From an uncultured Gammaproteobacteria bacterium (lineage in GTDB: Bacteria; Patescibacteriota; Microgenomatia; UBA1406), in assembly GCA_964414145.1 (NCBI GenBank), contig CAYPVH010000001.1, positions 220,851 to 284,850 of the forward strand: 64,000 bases of DNA. Direction: 5' to 3'. The notes beneath the pieces are model-generated. The model ran no database searches. It was given only the letters and a program-made list of their open reading frames with translations, and was not told the origin of the DNA. Position 1 is the stretch's first letter; the number at the start of each line of letters is the position of its first letter. This document shows, in pieces, positions 8,972-18,675 of the stretch. The position numbers and the translations under genes are program-made.

Positions 8972-9865
8972 ATGATAAGAGGCGAGGGGGTACCACGACC
9001 ACAATGGCGTCAAGAAGATTTAGGTAGGTATTTGTTGACAGATAGTAAAAGAGGAGCCGAAACATCTCAACATACAAACTTACTTCGAGTAGATACTGCC
9101 CTAAATGTTTTAGAGCAAATTATTATTCCTCGATTATCAGCGCCTTGTGTTAACGCAGTTATTATTGGGCCAGGCTTGGAAGATAGACCGAGTTTAAAAA
9201 ATTCACTTGAGGCGCCTTTCATCGCTGCGTTGTTAGATAATCTGGGTTTAGACTATACACAATTAATTATTGATATAGATCAAGAAGTACTCGACTGGAT
9301 AAGGCAATCAAAAGAAATATTTTTATGGACTTCTATTTATGACAGAAGCGAAAGAATAAGAGAGTTGTGGGATTGGTACTTAAAAATGGTACAGGGCGAT
9401 ATTAGAACGGTGGAAAGAAGCTATCCCGGAATACTTAACTACTCTAGGCCAGGTAAAGCTGAAGATTTTACTTATTATCGTGTAGCGCCGCTCCCAACTT
9501 CATTTACAACTAAGATTGGTGATGGTCAAATTTCGTTTTATACAGCCGATATAGCTCGGGCAGATATACCTAAAGGAGAATTTAATTACGTATTAGCAAG
9601 AAATGTTCTTGACAAACTTCCTCCGGAAGGACAAAGGCTTGGTCTACAAATAGCCGCTGACACTTTAGTTAGCGGAGGATTTATTCATATTAACGACTGT
9701 GAAACCAGAATATATAATCCTCTTTTTAAAATGGCTGGAGGATGGTTAACCCAAGATAGTTGGTGGCTGGAAGAAGTTGATTTAAGTGTTGTAGAAATTA
9801 TTGAAAACGATATCTCAGCTGATGACCCAAGAGAAAGCTGGGAAATTGTGCTTCAAAAAATATAA
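8972..9865 (+). CDS. Hypothetical protein, possibly a divergent class I SAM-dependent methyltransferase
   Basis: A Rossmann-like motif order is present: AVIIGPGLE, then LIIDIDQEV, then FYTADIA, then FNYVLARNVL. Assignment is by eye only. Confidence 0.35.
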   Translation: MIRGEGVPRPQWRQEDLGRYLLTDSKRGAETSQHTNLLRVDTALNVLEQIIIPRLSAPCVNAVIIGPGLEDRPSLKNSLEAPFIAALLDNLGLDYTQLIIDIDQEVLDWIRQSKEIFLWTSIYDRSERIRELWDWYLKMVQGDIRTVERSYPGILNYSRPGKAEDFTYYRVAPLPTSFTTKIGDGQISFYTADIARADIPKGEFNYVLARNVLDKLPPEGQRLGLQIAADTLVSGGFIHINDCETRIYNPLFKMAGGWLTQDSWWLEEVDLSVVEIIENDISADDPRESWEIVLQKI

Positions 9866-9964
9866 TTGTTTCTTTTATTTCTAACTTCTTACATTATTCA
9901 CATATAACAGACAAAAAAATTTGTAAATATTGTTTACATATGTTGTTTTTATTACAATAAAGCT

Positions 9965-11134
9965 ATGAAAAAATTAATAACTTATTTTTTAATCCTTTTA
10001 ACCATATTTACCTTTTCAGGTGGAGTTGCTCTTGCTCAAACCTACAGAGAAGGCAAAACAGTAACTTTGGGCCAAAACAGAACAGTAAACCAAAACTACT
10101 TTGCCACAGGCGAAACAATTATTCTTGAAGGTATCGTTAACGGCGACGCTTACTTAGCCGCCGGTAACATTATTGTTAACGGTACGGTTAACGGAGATTT
10201 AATAGCTGCTGGGGGCAACATAACAATTAATGGCACAGTAGCCGAAGATTTGCGAGTTGCGGCAGGCTCGGTTTCAATTCAAGGGCAAATAGGTGGTGGG
10301 GTAACGGTAATGGCAGGTTCGGTTACAGTAGCTAGGGACTCACAAGTAGCCGAAGGTTTGGTGGCCGCTGGGGGCAATTTAGATATAATGGCGCCAATTG
10401 GTGGTGGTATTACTGTTGGTGCCGGGAATGTTTTGGTTGGTAATACAGTAAACGGTAATGCACTGGTTGGCGCGGGCAAACTAACATTAACAAATAACGC
10501 CAATATAACCGGCAACTTGGATTATTACAGCGAGTCTCGTCTTACCCGAACCGGCGGCGCCAGGGTGGGTGGTAATGTTAAGTTTAACAGAGTGCAAGAT
10601 ATAACCGAAAAAGGTAGAGCAGAGGAGCGGGTAAGAAAAGGGTTTGGTGCTTATGGCGCCTCAATGCTCTTTATGAGTTTTGTGGGGCTTATTTCGTCAT
10701 TTGTGCTTGGGGCGCTACTGATTAAGCTAATGCCTAACTTTATGGCCAAAACCGCCGAAACGGTTGGTAGCAAGTCGTGGCAAAGTATGTTGCTTGGCCT
10801 AGCTGTGTTATTTTTAACACCAATTGTGGCACTGGTTTTGTTAATGACAGTTATTGGTATGCCGCTTGCTTTTATATTAATGCTAGCCTATATTTTAATT
10901 CTTTATGTTTCTAAAATATTTACCTCGATATATGTAGGTAAGATATTTATAAAAGCTAAAGATGCCTCGCTTTACTTACTGTTATTTTTAGGCTTGCTGG
11001 TTTATTACCTGGTTGGATTAATTCCAATTATTGGTTGGATCAGCTCTCTCTTGTTTGTAATTACAGGCATTGGGGCATATTTGTTGCAAAAACAAGAAGA
11101 ATATAAAACTTTGAGGGTAAAAAAGCAAGTTTAA
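9965..11134 (+). CDS. Bactofilin-like (polymer-forming beta-helix repeat) protein with signal peptide and C-terminal multi-TM domain
   Basis: Tandem degenerate repeats of the type GDxxxAGGNIxxNGTV / AGGNLDI / GAGNVLVGNTVNGN are followed by 4-5 hydrophobic helices. Confidence 0.55.
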   Translation: MKKLITYFLILLTIFTFSGGVALAQTYREGKTVTLGQNRTVNQNYFATGETIILEGIVNGDAYLAAGNIIVNGTVNGDLIAAGGNITINGTVAEDLRVAAGSVSIQGQIGGGVTVMAGSVTVARDSQVAEGLVAAGGNLDIMAPIGGGITVGAGNVLVGNTVNGNALVGAGKLTLTNNANITGNLDYYSESRLTRTGGARVGGNVKFNRVQDITEKGRAEERVRKGFGAYGASMLFMSFVGLISSFVLGALLIKLMPNFMAKTAETVGSKSWQSMLLGLAVLFLTPIVALVLLMTVIGMPLAFILMLAYILILYVSKIFTSIYVGKIFIKAKDASLYLLLFLGLLVYYLVGLIPIIGWISSLLFVITGIGAYLLQKQEEYKTLRVKKQV

Positions 11135-11148
11135 AATTTCTAAATTAA

Positions 11149-12122
11149 CTATTTAGAAATAATCCCTATAACTTGTCCTTCTGGATCTAGTTGAATAACA
11201 GCAACTCTACCAGTTCTTTCGTTAGTTGTTACTATCTGCAGTTCATGCCCGCTAAATTTACTATTTACCAAAGACCGGAATAACTCCAACTCACCGTAGG
11301 CCGCTACTGTTGCTATATCTTTTTTAGCAGCATAATCACCCTCAGATAATGGAATTACGAGAATATCGGTATCTGGTGGTACTTGTCTGTAGGTAGTCCT
11401 TTTTGCTCTTTCTCCACAAACCACAACTGTCATTTTTTTACTTTCACCATCCTTAGTAGTAATTGGTACAGATGAAATTGAGCCATATGTTAGTTCAACT
11501 ATTTCTTGAATATCTTTATCCTCGGAGGAGTTATCGATTGCATGCATAACTTCCGGTGTTCTGTCTTGCCAGTCTCCATCTTGTTCGATAAGAATTTCAC
11601 CTACTTTGCGTCGGAATATCATATTTCCGTCTGGTTGGGTAATTATTGTTGTGTTTAGAAGTACTTCTTTACCAGACTGTAATGTTTTTTTTCACAAACA
11701 GATCCAAGTACAATAGTTTTATTTTGTGTTATAGCAATCTCTCTAATTTGTCTAACTGCAGCTCTAATATTTGCAGAACCTGACATAATATCTCCTTCTT
11801 GGCTGAAAACCAATGGCTCAGCCTCGGATGGCAGAGCATATAAGGAAAACTCAGGGGTCACAACTACCGCAGCATCGGTTGCGCAAGCGTCTTTAATTTG
11901 TGTTATGAAAAAATCAGCCGCATCTGGTAAAACATCTTTGTATTTTCTATTTTCTATTAACGTTCTTCCTCTAGTAAATACAACAGGTTCAACAATTGGT
12001 GCAGTTTGTCTTGGTCTTTCTGCTAGTAATAAAAAGCTATAAACATCATCAGGGTCTGGGTATGCTTGAGCTAAGTTCCAGAGATCTTTCTCTCTTGGTG
12101 TTTGTGCTTCTTGGTCTTGCAT
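11149..12122 (-). pseudogene. Carbon-nitrogen hydrolase (nitrilase superfamily) split at an A8 run into ORFs 11655-12122 and 11149-11622
   Basis: The upstream ORF has the Glu motif (VVVTPEF) and …LGSVCEKK. Shifting frame at the homopolymer (plus-strand T8, 11685-11692) reads through …TLQSGKEVLLNTTIITQPDGNMIFRRKVGEIL (Lys motif). The downstream ORF has the Cys motif (MTVVVCGE). Confidence 0.55.
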
Positions 12123-12153
12123 AGTGCTAAGTATAGCAGAGATTTAAGGAGTT

Positions 12154-12360
12154 TTAATTTAAAGGGCATGGAGCAAATTCACATGTTGGTGGTTGGCGCC
12201 CAACTGCTGTACCGTCTGGGCAAATCTTAACTTCCATAGTACAAGCAATACCTTCTTCTTTTTTAGGGAAATCTTGTTTACTGACTCTTATACCTAACCA
12301 GAAAGATAGATAGATTAAGACTACTGAAACCAGTAAAAATAGTAATTTAACTAATTTCAT
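12154..12360 (-). CDS. Small membrane-anchored Cys-rich protein
   Basis: An N-terminal TM helix is followed by C-x5-CPDG-x9-C-x4-CP (CTMEVKICPDGTAVGRQPPTCEFAPCP). Confidence 0.5.
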   Translation of the reverse strand: MKLVKLLFLLVSVVLIYLSFWLGIRVSKQDFPKKEEGIACTMEVKICPDGTAVGRQPPTCEFAPCPLN

Positions 12361-12400
12361 TTTGATTTAAGTATACAGAATTTTGCAAGTTTGAATAAGA

Positions 12401-13078
12401 TTAGCTTTTCTTCATATTCGAGTGATATACAAGAAGTTCATGTGGGTAGAGTCCGGCTTGGCACCCTCCTACAGATCTAAGCCGCCTTAGTATTTGATCT
12501 TCTTTCTTGGCAAGTGCGCTATCTCCCATTCTTATTGACCTAAGCGGTATTACTAGTTGGCCAATCTGTTGCAGCATGTCGGCTACAGTGTCTCTTGTTT
12601 GCAAAACACCTGGCTTAAAGGGCATTTCTGGAATAGCTTGGGCTTCTCTGGGTCCTAGACCATCAATCAAAACGCCCTCTACTCCTAGTTGTTTTAAGTA
12701 TATAGCCCTGTCTACTACATGTATCCAAGGTTGATCGCCTGCCCTAAATCCACCTAACTGTGCAATTGGTTGTGCCTCTCCAGTATATGGATTTGAATAT
12801 AAAAAAGTAGCAACTAGCACCCCATCTGATTGATGGGTCATAGGAATCACCATTGTTCCTACTGGTTGATCAGCAAGATCAATCGTATCAACCGGCTTGC
12901 CATAGGCTAGCGCATCGGTTATTGCTCTCAACTTTGACATTATATCAACTGGACATTCACCTTCACTAAGTGAGGCTAAAAAGGCACCAAGATTTTCTGC
13001 TACTTCTGTATGTTTTTGAGGTTCTGGGTACTTTGGCTTACTGCCTTCTATTTTTGATGGTCTTATTTCTGTTAACAT
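12401..13078 (-). CDS. Hypothetical cytoplasmic protein (orphan)
   Basis: 225-aa ORF with no recognisable motif and no TM or signal segment. Confidence 0.45.
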   Translation of the reverse strand: MLTEIRPSKIEGSKPKYPEPQKHTEVAENLGAFLASLSEGECPVDIMSKLRAITDALAYGKPVDTIDLADQPVGTMVIPMTHQSDGVLVATFLYSNPYTGEAQPIAQLGGFRAGDQPWIHVVDRAIYLKQLGVEGVLIDGLGPREAQAIPEMPFKPGVLQTRDTVADMLQQIGQLVIPLRSIRMGDSALAKKEDQILRRLRSVGGCQAGLYPHELLVYHSNMKKS

Positions 13079-13220
13079 AGATTAAGTATTATACAAAACA
13101 AATTCGCTAAAGTCAAAAATTATAGGTTACTGTATATATTTACTAAAGCTAACACAGTACTGTATCCAAATATATATAGGATAATATATTTTTACTACTT
13201 TTTTGTTATACAATTAGCTT

Positions 13221-14342
13221 ATGCAAGAATCTCAACCAGCGCTTCCTCAAGTAGAAGCAGAAAAACAAAAGCCCTTTTGTGTTTTTTTTCCTGGTGCAAC
13301 CGGAGGTGGTGAAGGGCTAACGGCGATTCGCCAGTGCTTAACGGGTGAATTTGGAAAAGGAAATGTTCTTGCTCCATCTTCTTACACTACTGCAGAAGCA
13401 CATAAAAAAGGAATTGGTTATAAGCAAAGGATAAGAGAAATGGCAAACCAAATACTTGCAAGAGATAAGTCAGATATTCATGTTGTCAGTCATTCATTAG
13501 GGAGTTTTGAAGCAGTTGATTTGGTTCATGAGTTAACCGAAATGGGTTTCAAAGGAAAAATTGTTTTAGATTTTATCGGTACCCCTGGCTTATTTGACAA
13601 AGGTTTTGGTGCTGTAGCCCGTTTTGCAAGAAGGTTTGTAGGAATGATGAGAGATATCACAGTATCTGAACAGCATACGGCTTATCCATTACCGGATCAG
13701 TTCTATCAACAAAATGAATCTGAAAGAGCAGGAAAAAATTTTACTCCCCTTTGGCAAGATAGTGATCAAAGGCGAGCTGAAAGAAGACAGCTTTTCATAG
13801 AAAGCTTGCAGTCTCTTGTTCCAGATCAAAAAGAACGAGAAGAACTAATTGAAAATGTTAATAAAAAAGACAGAGAGCTTTTAGAAGAATCAGATCCACA
13901 AAGACAGGCGCAGATAGTTCAAGAAAGAGCGGAGTTAATTAAAGGCGTGATTCAAGACATGTTTGCTAATAAACATATTGAAGAAGAAGAGAGGCAAGCC
14001 TACGTAGCCTATAATGGCGAAACTAAAGAAGAACAAAATCGCACCTTGGCTACAATGGCTCAGGTGGCTGGTTTTTATGCCACCTCTGCTTTTCGCTCGG
14101 GCGTGATAAGTCGTCAAATTAAAAAAATGCATCAGGCAGCAATAGAAAATGGAATAGATCTTAGTTTGCGCTGCGTGTTACTGGAAAGAGATAATATAGT
14201 TCAAGTAGGTGATAATGAAAGACCTCAGGCAGAGGATATTGCGGATTTTGTTACCGCAGATGAAATGATCCAAACCTTAGCTCACTCTACTTTTGGCTAT
14301 TTTGCTACCCCATTAGTTGATGTTTTTAATAGGCATGAATAA
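13221..14342 (+). CDS. Alpha/beta-hydrolase-like protein (GxSxG) with a charged helical C-terminal half
   Basis: A nucleophile-elbow motif VVSHSLGSFEAV follows the strand FCVFFPGATGGGEG. The C-terminal half is rich in E/R/Q/K. Confidence 0.45.
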   Translation: MQESQPALPQVEAEKQKPFCVFFPGATGGGEGLTAIRQCLTGEFGKGNVLAPSSYTTAEAHKKGIGYKQRIREMANQILARDKSDIHVVSHSLGSFEAVDLVHELTEMGFKGKIVLDFIGTPGLFDKGFGAVARFARRFVGMMRDITVSEQHTAYPLPDQFYQQNESERAGKNFTPLWQDSDQRRAERRQLFIESLQSLVPDQKEREELIENVNKKDRELLEESDPQRQAQIVQERAELIKGVIQDMFANKHIEEEERQAYVAYNGETKEEQNRTLATMAQVAGFYATSAFRSGVISRQIKKMHQAAIENGIDLSLRCVLLERDNIVQVGDNERPQAEDIADFVTADEMIQTLAHSTFGYFATPLVDVFNRHE

Positions 14343-14883
14343 AATCATTCAAAAAATTAGGCTTAAGAATAGTCAAGAAGTAATCTTTCGAGTTCCGGTT
14401 ATGGCAGACGCAAAGACTATGCAAAACTACATTAACACACTTTCCCGCGAAAAAACCTTTATTCGTTTGCAAGGGGAACAATTAACTTTAAAAGAAGAAA
14501 CAGATTATTTGCAAAAGCAGCTTAAAAAAATAAAAGAAGGTAAAGCAGTTAAAATTTTGGCATTTATTAAAAAAGAAATGGTGGCAATGGCCGACATTGG
14601 TATGAAAGACAAAATAGAAAGCCATATTGGTGGCTTTGGAATTACGGTAAAGAAGGAATACAGAGGGCAGGGAATAGGTAAAAAAATAATGGAATTAACA
14701 TTATCTTATGCAACAAAACAAATTAAAAATTTGGAAATAGTAACACTAAGCGTTTTTGGCAAAAATACTGTTGCAAAAAAAATGTACCAAAAGTTAGGCT
14801 TTAAAAAATATGGTTTGTTGCCAAAAGGAATTAAAAGCAGAACCAACTATCAGGATCATATTTACATGTATAAAGTTATTTAA
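14335..14883 (+). CDS. GNAT-family N-acetyltransferase
   Basis: Acetyl-CoA motif RGQGIGKKIMELTLSYA. The preferred start is the ATG at 14335 (ATGAATAA overlap with the upstream stop). The ATG at 14320 is an alternative. Confidence 0.75.
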   Translation: MNKIIQKIRLKNSQEVIFRVPVMADAKTMQNYINTLSREKTFIRLQGEQLTLKEETDYLQKQLKKIKEGKAVKILAFIKKEMVAMADIGMKDKIESHIGGFGITVKKEYRGQGIGKKIMELTLSYATKQIKNLEIVTLSVFGKNTVAKKMYQKLGFKKYGLLPKGIKSRTNYQDHIYMYKVI

Positions 14884-15628
14884 GAGTCCAGCTAACTCTT
14901 TTACCTATTAATCTTGTTTCCTCAACAATTTGTGGCTGTTCCGGTAGTAAGTTTGGATTAGGTTTTATGTTTCTTCTTAGTAATCTTCTAATTTTTGTCA
15001 TAACAGCCTCGATATAGATATCTGCTGCATTGTCATCTATTAAAGAATATAATTCTGTCATTAAATTAATTAACAACCGACTTTCTTCTGGGTTTTTAGT
15101 TAGGTTATCTTTAATGTTTGGCGGCAGGTCAAAGTGATCAACTAAAAAAACATCGGTAAATAGTTTTGTAATTGGTGAATGAACTGTTTCACCAACAAAG
15201 CGAAATGGAATAGGCTTTGTTGGTGCATAGCCACCTAGTGCTTCAGTTAGCTCATCACCTAAAAAAGGATTTGTTCGTTCGAAAATTACAAATCTAGTTG
15301 ATGGCCGCCATACAGCACCATTAAGGTAGAGTATTTCTGAGCTCCAGGTAAGATTATTAAAATTAAATAAATCTGCAATAGCAATTGGTACATCTTTAAT
15401 TATCTGTAATATAATATTGTCGATTTGCTCTTGGTTGAAGGCTTTATGTAAATTGGTAAGAGATGCAGCACTAGAAATTTCTTCTGCAGTTAAGAATTTA
15501 CTTCTTAAACGACTGACAATAAAAACATTTAATGGGTCAGTAACGAGTTCTTGGTCTATTTGTTCAATATCCATTCGACGACCCGTAAATCTTTCAGCCG
15601 CGTCTATAATCTTTCTTTGTTCGGGCAT
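14876..15628 (-). CDS. Hypothetical cytoplasmic protein (orphan)
   Basis: 250-aa ORF with no recognisable motif. It is co-oriented with 15683-16483. Confidence 0.45.
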   Translation of the reverse strand: MPEQRKIIDAAERFTGRRMDIEQIDQELVTDPLNVFIVSRLRSKFLTAEEISSAASLTNLHKAFNQEQIDNIILQIIKDVPIAIADLFNFNNLTWSSEILYLNGAVWRPSTRFVIFERTNPFLGDELTEALGGYAPTKPIPFRFVGETVHSPITKLFTDVFLVDHFDLPPNIKDNLTKNPEESRLLINLMTELYSLIDDNAADIYIEAVMTKIRRLLRRNIKPNPNLLPEQPQIVEETRLIGKRVSWTLK

Positions 15629-15682
15629 AGAGTAATTATACTAAATCAACTATAGGATAAGATATTAAGGCTATATATAAAG

Positions 15683-16483
15683 TTAACACAGTTGAAAAGC
15701 GTCTCTAACAACTCCGGTTGCAAAATTTAGTTTATCAAAAAGCTCACCATAGAATGGGTAATTAGTAATATTGGTGTTAGATGTATTAAACAAATTACTG
15801 GTAGCGGTTCGAACTGCATCTTCAAATGTAATAAGAAAATTGCCTGTGTCAGTGGTTTTTTCATCAATGGACATATTTGCAAAAGGATCATATTGTTGTC
15901 CGGATCTAACAGCTATTCGAGCCAGATTATCTAAATGCTTACTGTAAACTAACCCACCTATTTTGATTGGTGCTAGAGGTAGAACTACAACGGGGCTAGC
16001 AGTAACTAAGTTTACGGGCGGAAATTTATATTTTCGATTTAAGAATCTTGTTGTGGTGGCTAGAGTAACGTCGATTCCAAGTACTAACTCTTGCATATTA
16101 TTAACAATTGCAATATCCATCCCCTTTGCTAATTCATAAGGACAGTTTTTTGTACTATCAAGGTCAGTTGGTACTAAATGTACAGAGAGTCCATAATAAT
16201 CTAATACATATCCCAATGCCTCATGAATAAGTACTGCAGAACAATACTCGCTAAATATTGTTCTTCCCCAATCAAGTTTACAAGGTAGTCTTAAATAATC
16301 AGTAAGAGCAACAAGTCTTGCTTGAACTAAGCTTTCACTTGAACCAAATTCAATAGGTCCAACATGATCTTGGATAGCCAAAGGTCTTTGTAATATAGCG
16401 TCATATTGTGTACAAAAGGCAGCGGTATTGGGTGTAACATCTGTGTCATAATTTACGTGATATATATCACTATCAACTGACAT
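15683..16483 (-). CDS. Hypothetical cytoplasmic protein (orphan)
   Basis: 266-aa ORF with no recognisable motif. Confidence 0.45.
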   Translation of the reverse strand: MSVDSDIYHVNYDTDVTPNTAAFCTQYDAILQRPLAIQDHVGPIEFGSSESLVQARLVALTDYLRLPCKLDWGRTIFSEYCSAVLIHEALGYVLDYYGLSVHLVPTDLDSTKNCPYELAKGMDIAIVNNMQELVLGIDVTLATTTRFLNRKYKFPPVNLVTASPVVVLPLAPIKIGGLVYSKHLDNLARIAVRSGQQYDPFANMSIDEKTTDTGNFLITFEDAVRTATSNLFNTSNTNITNYPFYGELFDKLNFATGVVRDAFQLC

Positions 16484-16585
16484 TCACAGCAATTCTACAC
16501 AAATAAATAAAAAAACCATAATTATTTTACTTTTTTAAATATTTATCTATACTAAAAGTAGTATTACAATTTATAAACAACCAAA

Positions 16586-17560
16586 ATGTTTAAAAAAAAT
16601 AAAAATAAGGGGCTAAATGGAGCGGTTATTTCCTTGCTTATGGCCTTTTTTCTTATACTTGGCGGTATATATTTTGTTGTTCAAAGCACCAACTCGCCCT
16701 TAGCTGATTTTTTAAATCCACCTCAAAAACGGCTTGAAAAGTCGTTGGCGAAAATGAATACCCTGGATACACTCTATTCAAAGTTTGAAATGACGGGTAC
16801 AACAAAAGTTACCCAAACAAGTTATGGTTATTCGAACACTCTAGATTTTATAGTAACTGGTAATTTATCGGGTTCGGTGAAAGACGAAGTTACACAACTT
16901 AATTTTTCAATTGCTTCACCCAAGGCGCCAACCAGGGCGGTAAATTTTTCCGCTATTTCAATGAAGAACGGCGACTACTATATTAAAGGGCCAACAACTA
17001 GAGGTCAGTGGGTTCATTACAGTAAAAAGAAATTTGAAGAAGTTACAGGTAAAAACCCAACCGACGGATCATTGTTTCTGGTAGATATTGCCTCTACAGT
17101 TTTATCTAAAGATCAAGTTTTGCTAGAAACAATCAATCCCGAAAACATTGAATATCTGGGTACAGAAATAATTGATGACAAAGAAGCCGATATATTTTCA
17201 ATTGATTTGGCTGTTCCCAGTTTTTTAATTGCTTTAGGCAAAAGTAGCGAATTTTCAAAAAAAGAAGTGGCCGACGCTAAAAAAATACTAGATGGGGCTA
17301 TTCTAGATATGCGAATTTCAATAGACAAAAAAAGTGGTTATGTAGCAAAGATTGTTTTAAACGGAGAGGGATTAAAGCAAATTCAAACAGAAGAAACAAA
17401 AAAGTACGGAATTTCTTCCGAACACACAGCTCAAGTAACTATGGAATTTTCTCGCTTTAATTTACCAACAAGCGTAGCAAAACCTACCGATTTTGTTGAG
17501 TACAGCGAAATGTATCCCAACGAAGTTTTAGGAATTTTTGACTACCAAAACGAGCTGTAA
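16586..17560 (+). CDS. Hypothetical membrane-anchored or secreted protein
   Basis: An N-terminal TM/signal helix (LNGAVISLLMAFFLILGGIYFVV) is followed by a soluble domain. Confidence 0.5.
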   Translation: MFKKNKNKGLNGAVISLLMAFFLILGGIYFVVQSTNSPLADFLNPPQKRLEKSLAKMNTLDTLYSKFEMTGTTKVTQTSYGYSNTLDFIVTGNLSGSVKDEVTQLNFSIASPKAPTRAVNFSAISMKNGDYYIKGPTTRGQWVHYSKKKFEEVTGKNPTDGSLFLVDIASTVLSKDQVLLETINPENIEYLGTEIIDDKEADIFSIDLAVPSFLIALGKSSEFSKKEVADAKKILDGAILDMRISIDKKSGYVAKIVLNGEGLKQIQTEETKKYGISSEHTAQVTMEFSRFNLPTSVAKPTDFVEYSEMYPNEVLGIFDYQNEL

Positions 17561-17632
17561 TTGTTTACTAATTCCTAACATAGTTATTTCTAAACTGGAA
17601 GACTAAAGCTGATATACTTGTGTTTAGAAATA

Positions 17633-18640
17633 ATGAATACCGAAATTGCTCGCTTGCTCAGAGAAATAGCCAAATATTTAGGAATGGAAAAAGAACCGTT
17701 CCGCCCAATTGCTTATTACAAAGCAGCAGATATAATAGAACAACTTCCTACAGACATTAGTGAAATATATACAAAACGAGCTGGTATTAAAACTTTGCAA
17801 AACTTACCCGGTATTGGCGAAGGCATTGCCAAAAAAATTGAGGAATATATAAAGACCGGGAAAATCAGTTATTTGGAAAAGTTAAAAAAGCAAACACCTG
17901 TAAATATTGCACAACTCTCCAAAGTAGAGGGTTTGGGGCCCAAACGAATTAATTATCTTTACAACAGTCTTAATATAAAGAGTATAAAAGACTTAGAAAC
18001 GGCAGCAAGAACCAATAAAATTGCTCCCTTGCCCGGATTTGGTGAAAAAACCCAAAAGAATTACCTAGAGGCGATTGGTTTTTTAAAAAAGGGATCAGGC
18101 AGAATTTTACTAGATAAGGCAAGTGCTTTAGTTGAAAAAGTAACTAAATATTTAAATCAATGCCCTCAAATAGAAAAGCTGGAAATTGCCGGCTCTTACA
18201 GGCGGAAGAAAGAAACTATTGGTGACCTAGACTTCTTGGCAGTTTCAGAAGACCCTGAAGCCGTTATGAACTACTTTATTCGCTTTCCAGGAGTTGTAAA
18301 GGTATTAGGGCAAGGTACAACAAAAGCATCGATCAAGGTTGAAGGTGGGGTAAATATAGATTTAAGAGTTGTCCCGAAAGAATCGTTTGGAGCAGCGCTT
18401 CAATATTTTACCGGTTCTAAAGAGCACAATATTATGTTACGGCAAATTGCTTTGGATAAAGGTTACAAACTGAACGAGTACGGTTTGTTTAAAGGAAAAA
18501 AAAGAATTGCTGGTAAAAAGGAGATAGAAATATATGAAGCATTAGGACTCTGTTTTATAAAGCCAAAGCTACGGGTAAATGAAGGTGAGATTGAAAGAGC
18601 TAAAAAATGTTTTAAAAATCGTAAAAAGAATCGGGATTGA
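17633..18640 (+). CDS. DNA polymerase X family (Pol beta-like), polymerase domain only
   Basis: HhH motifs (LPGIGEGIAKKI, VEGLGPKRI) and the nucleotidyltransferase motif GSYRRKKETIGDLDFL are present. There is no PHP domain. The ATG at 17633 is preferred over the TTG at 17618. Confidence 0.75.
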   Translation: MNTEIARLLREIAKYLGMEKEPFRPIAYYKAADIIEQLPTDISEIYTKRAGIKTLQNLPGIGEGIAKKIEEYIKTGKISYLEKLKKQTPVNIAQLSKVEGLGPKRINYLYNSLNIKSIKDLETAARTNKIAPLPGFGEKTQKNYLEAIGFLKKGSGRILLDKASALVEKVTKYLNQCPQIEKLEIAGSYRRKKETIGDLDFLAVSEDPEAVMNYFIRFPGVVKVLGQGTTKASIKVEGGVNIDLRVVPKESFGAALQYFTGSKEHNIMLRQIALDKGYKLNEYGLFKGKKRIAGKKEIEIYEALGLCFIKPKLRVNEGEIERAKKCFKNRKKNRD

Positions 18641-18675
18641 TAGCGATTAAATGATTCATTGTTTATAATTGAACA

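Noticed and set aside
9922-9938. Inverted repeat TGTAAA-N5-TTTACA upstream of the bactofilin-like gene as a regulator binding site
   Set aside because: It is a single 6-bp-arm palindrome in a very AT-rich spacer, with no second copy or cognate regulator to support it.
13100-13200. SOS/LexA-type operator in the divergent promoter region (CTGTATATATTTAC; palindrome ACAGTACTGT)
   Set aside because: It does not fit CTGT-N8-ACAG. The 10-nt palindrome is short and AT-rich context makes such matches likely by chance. No lexA gene is in the window.
8972-16483. A distinct higher-GC horizontally acquired island
   Set aside because: Hand counts of single 60-nt lines gave about 40-47% GC inside the region. 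They also gave about 42% in typA and about 27% in membrane-protein genes and parts of nrdJ. The contrast therefore tracks gene type rather than a clear island boundary. It needs a proper sliding-window computation.
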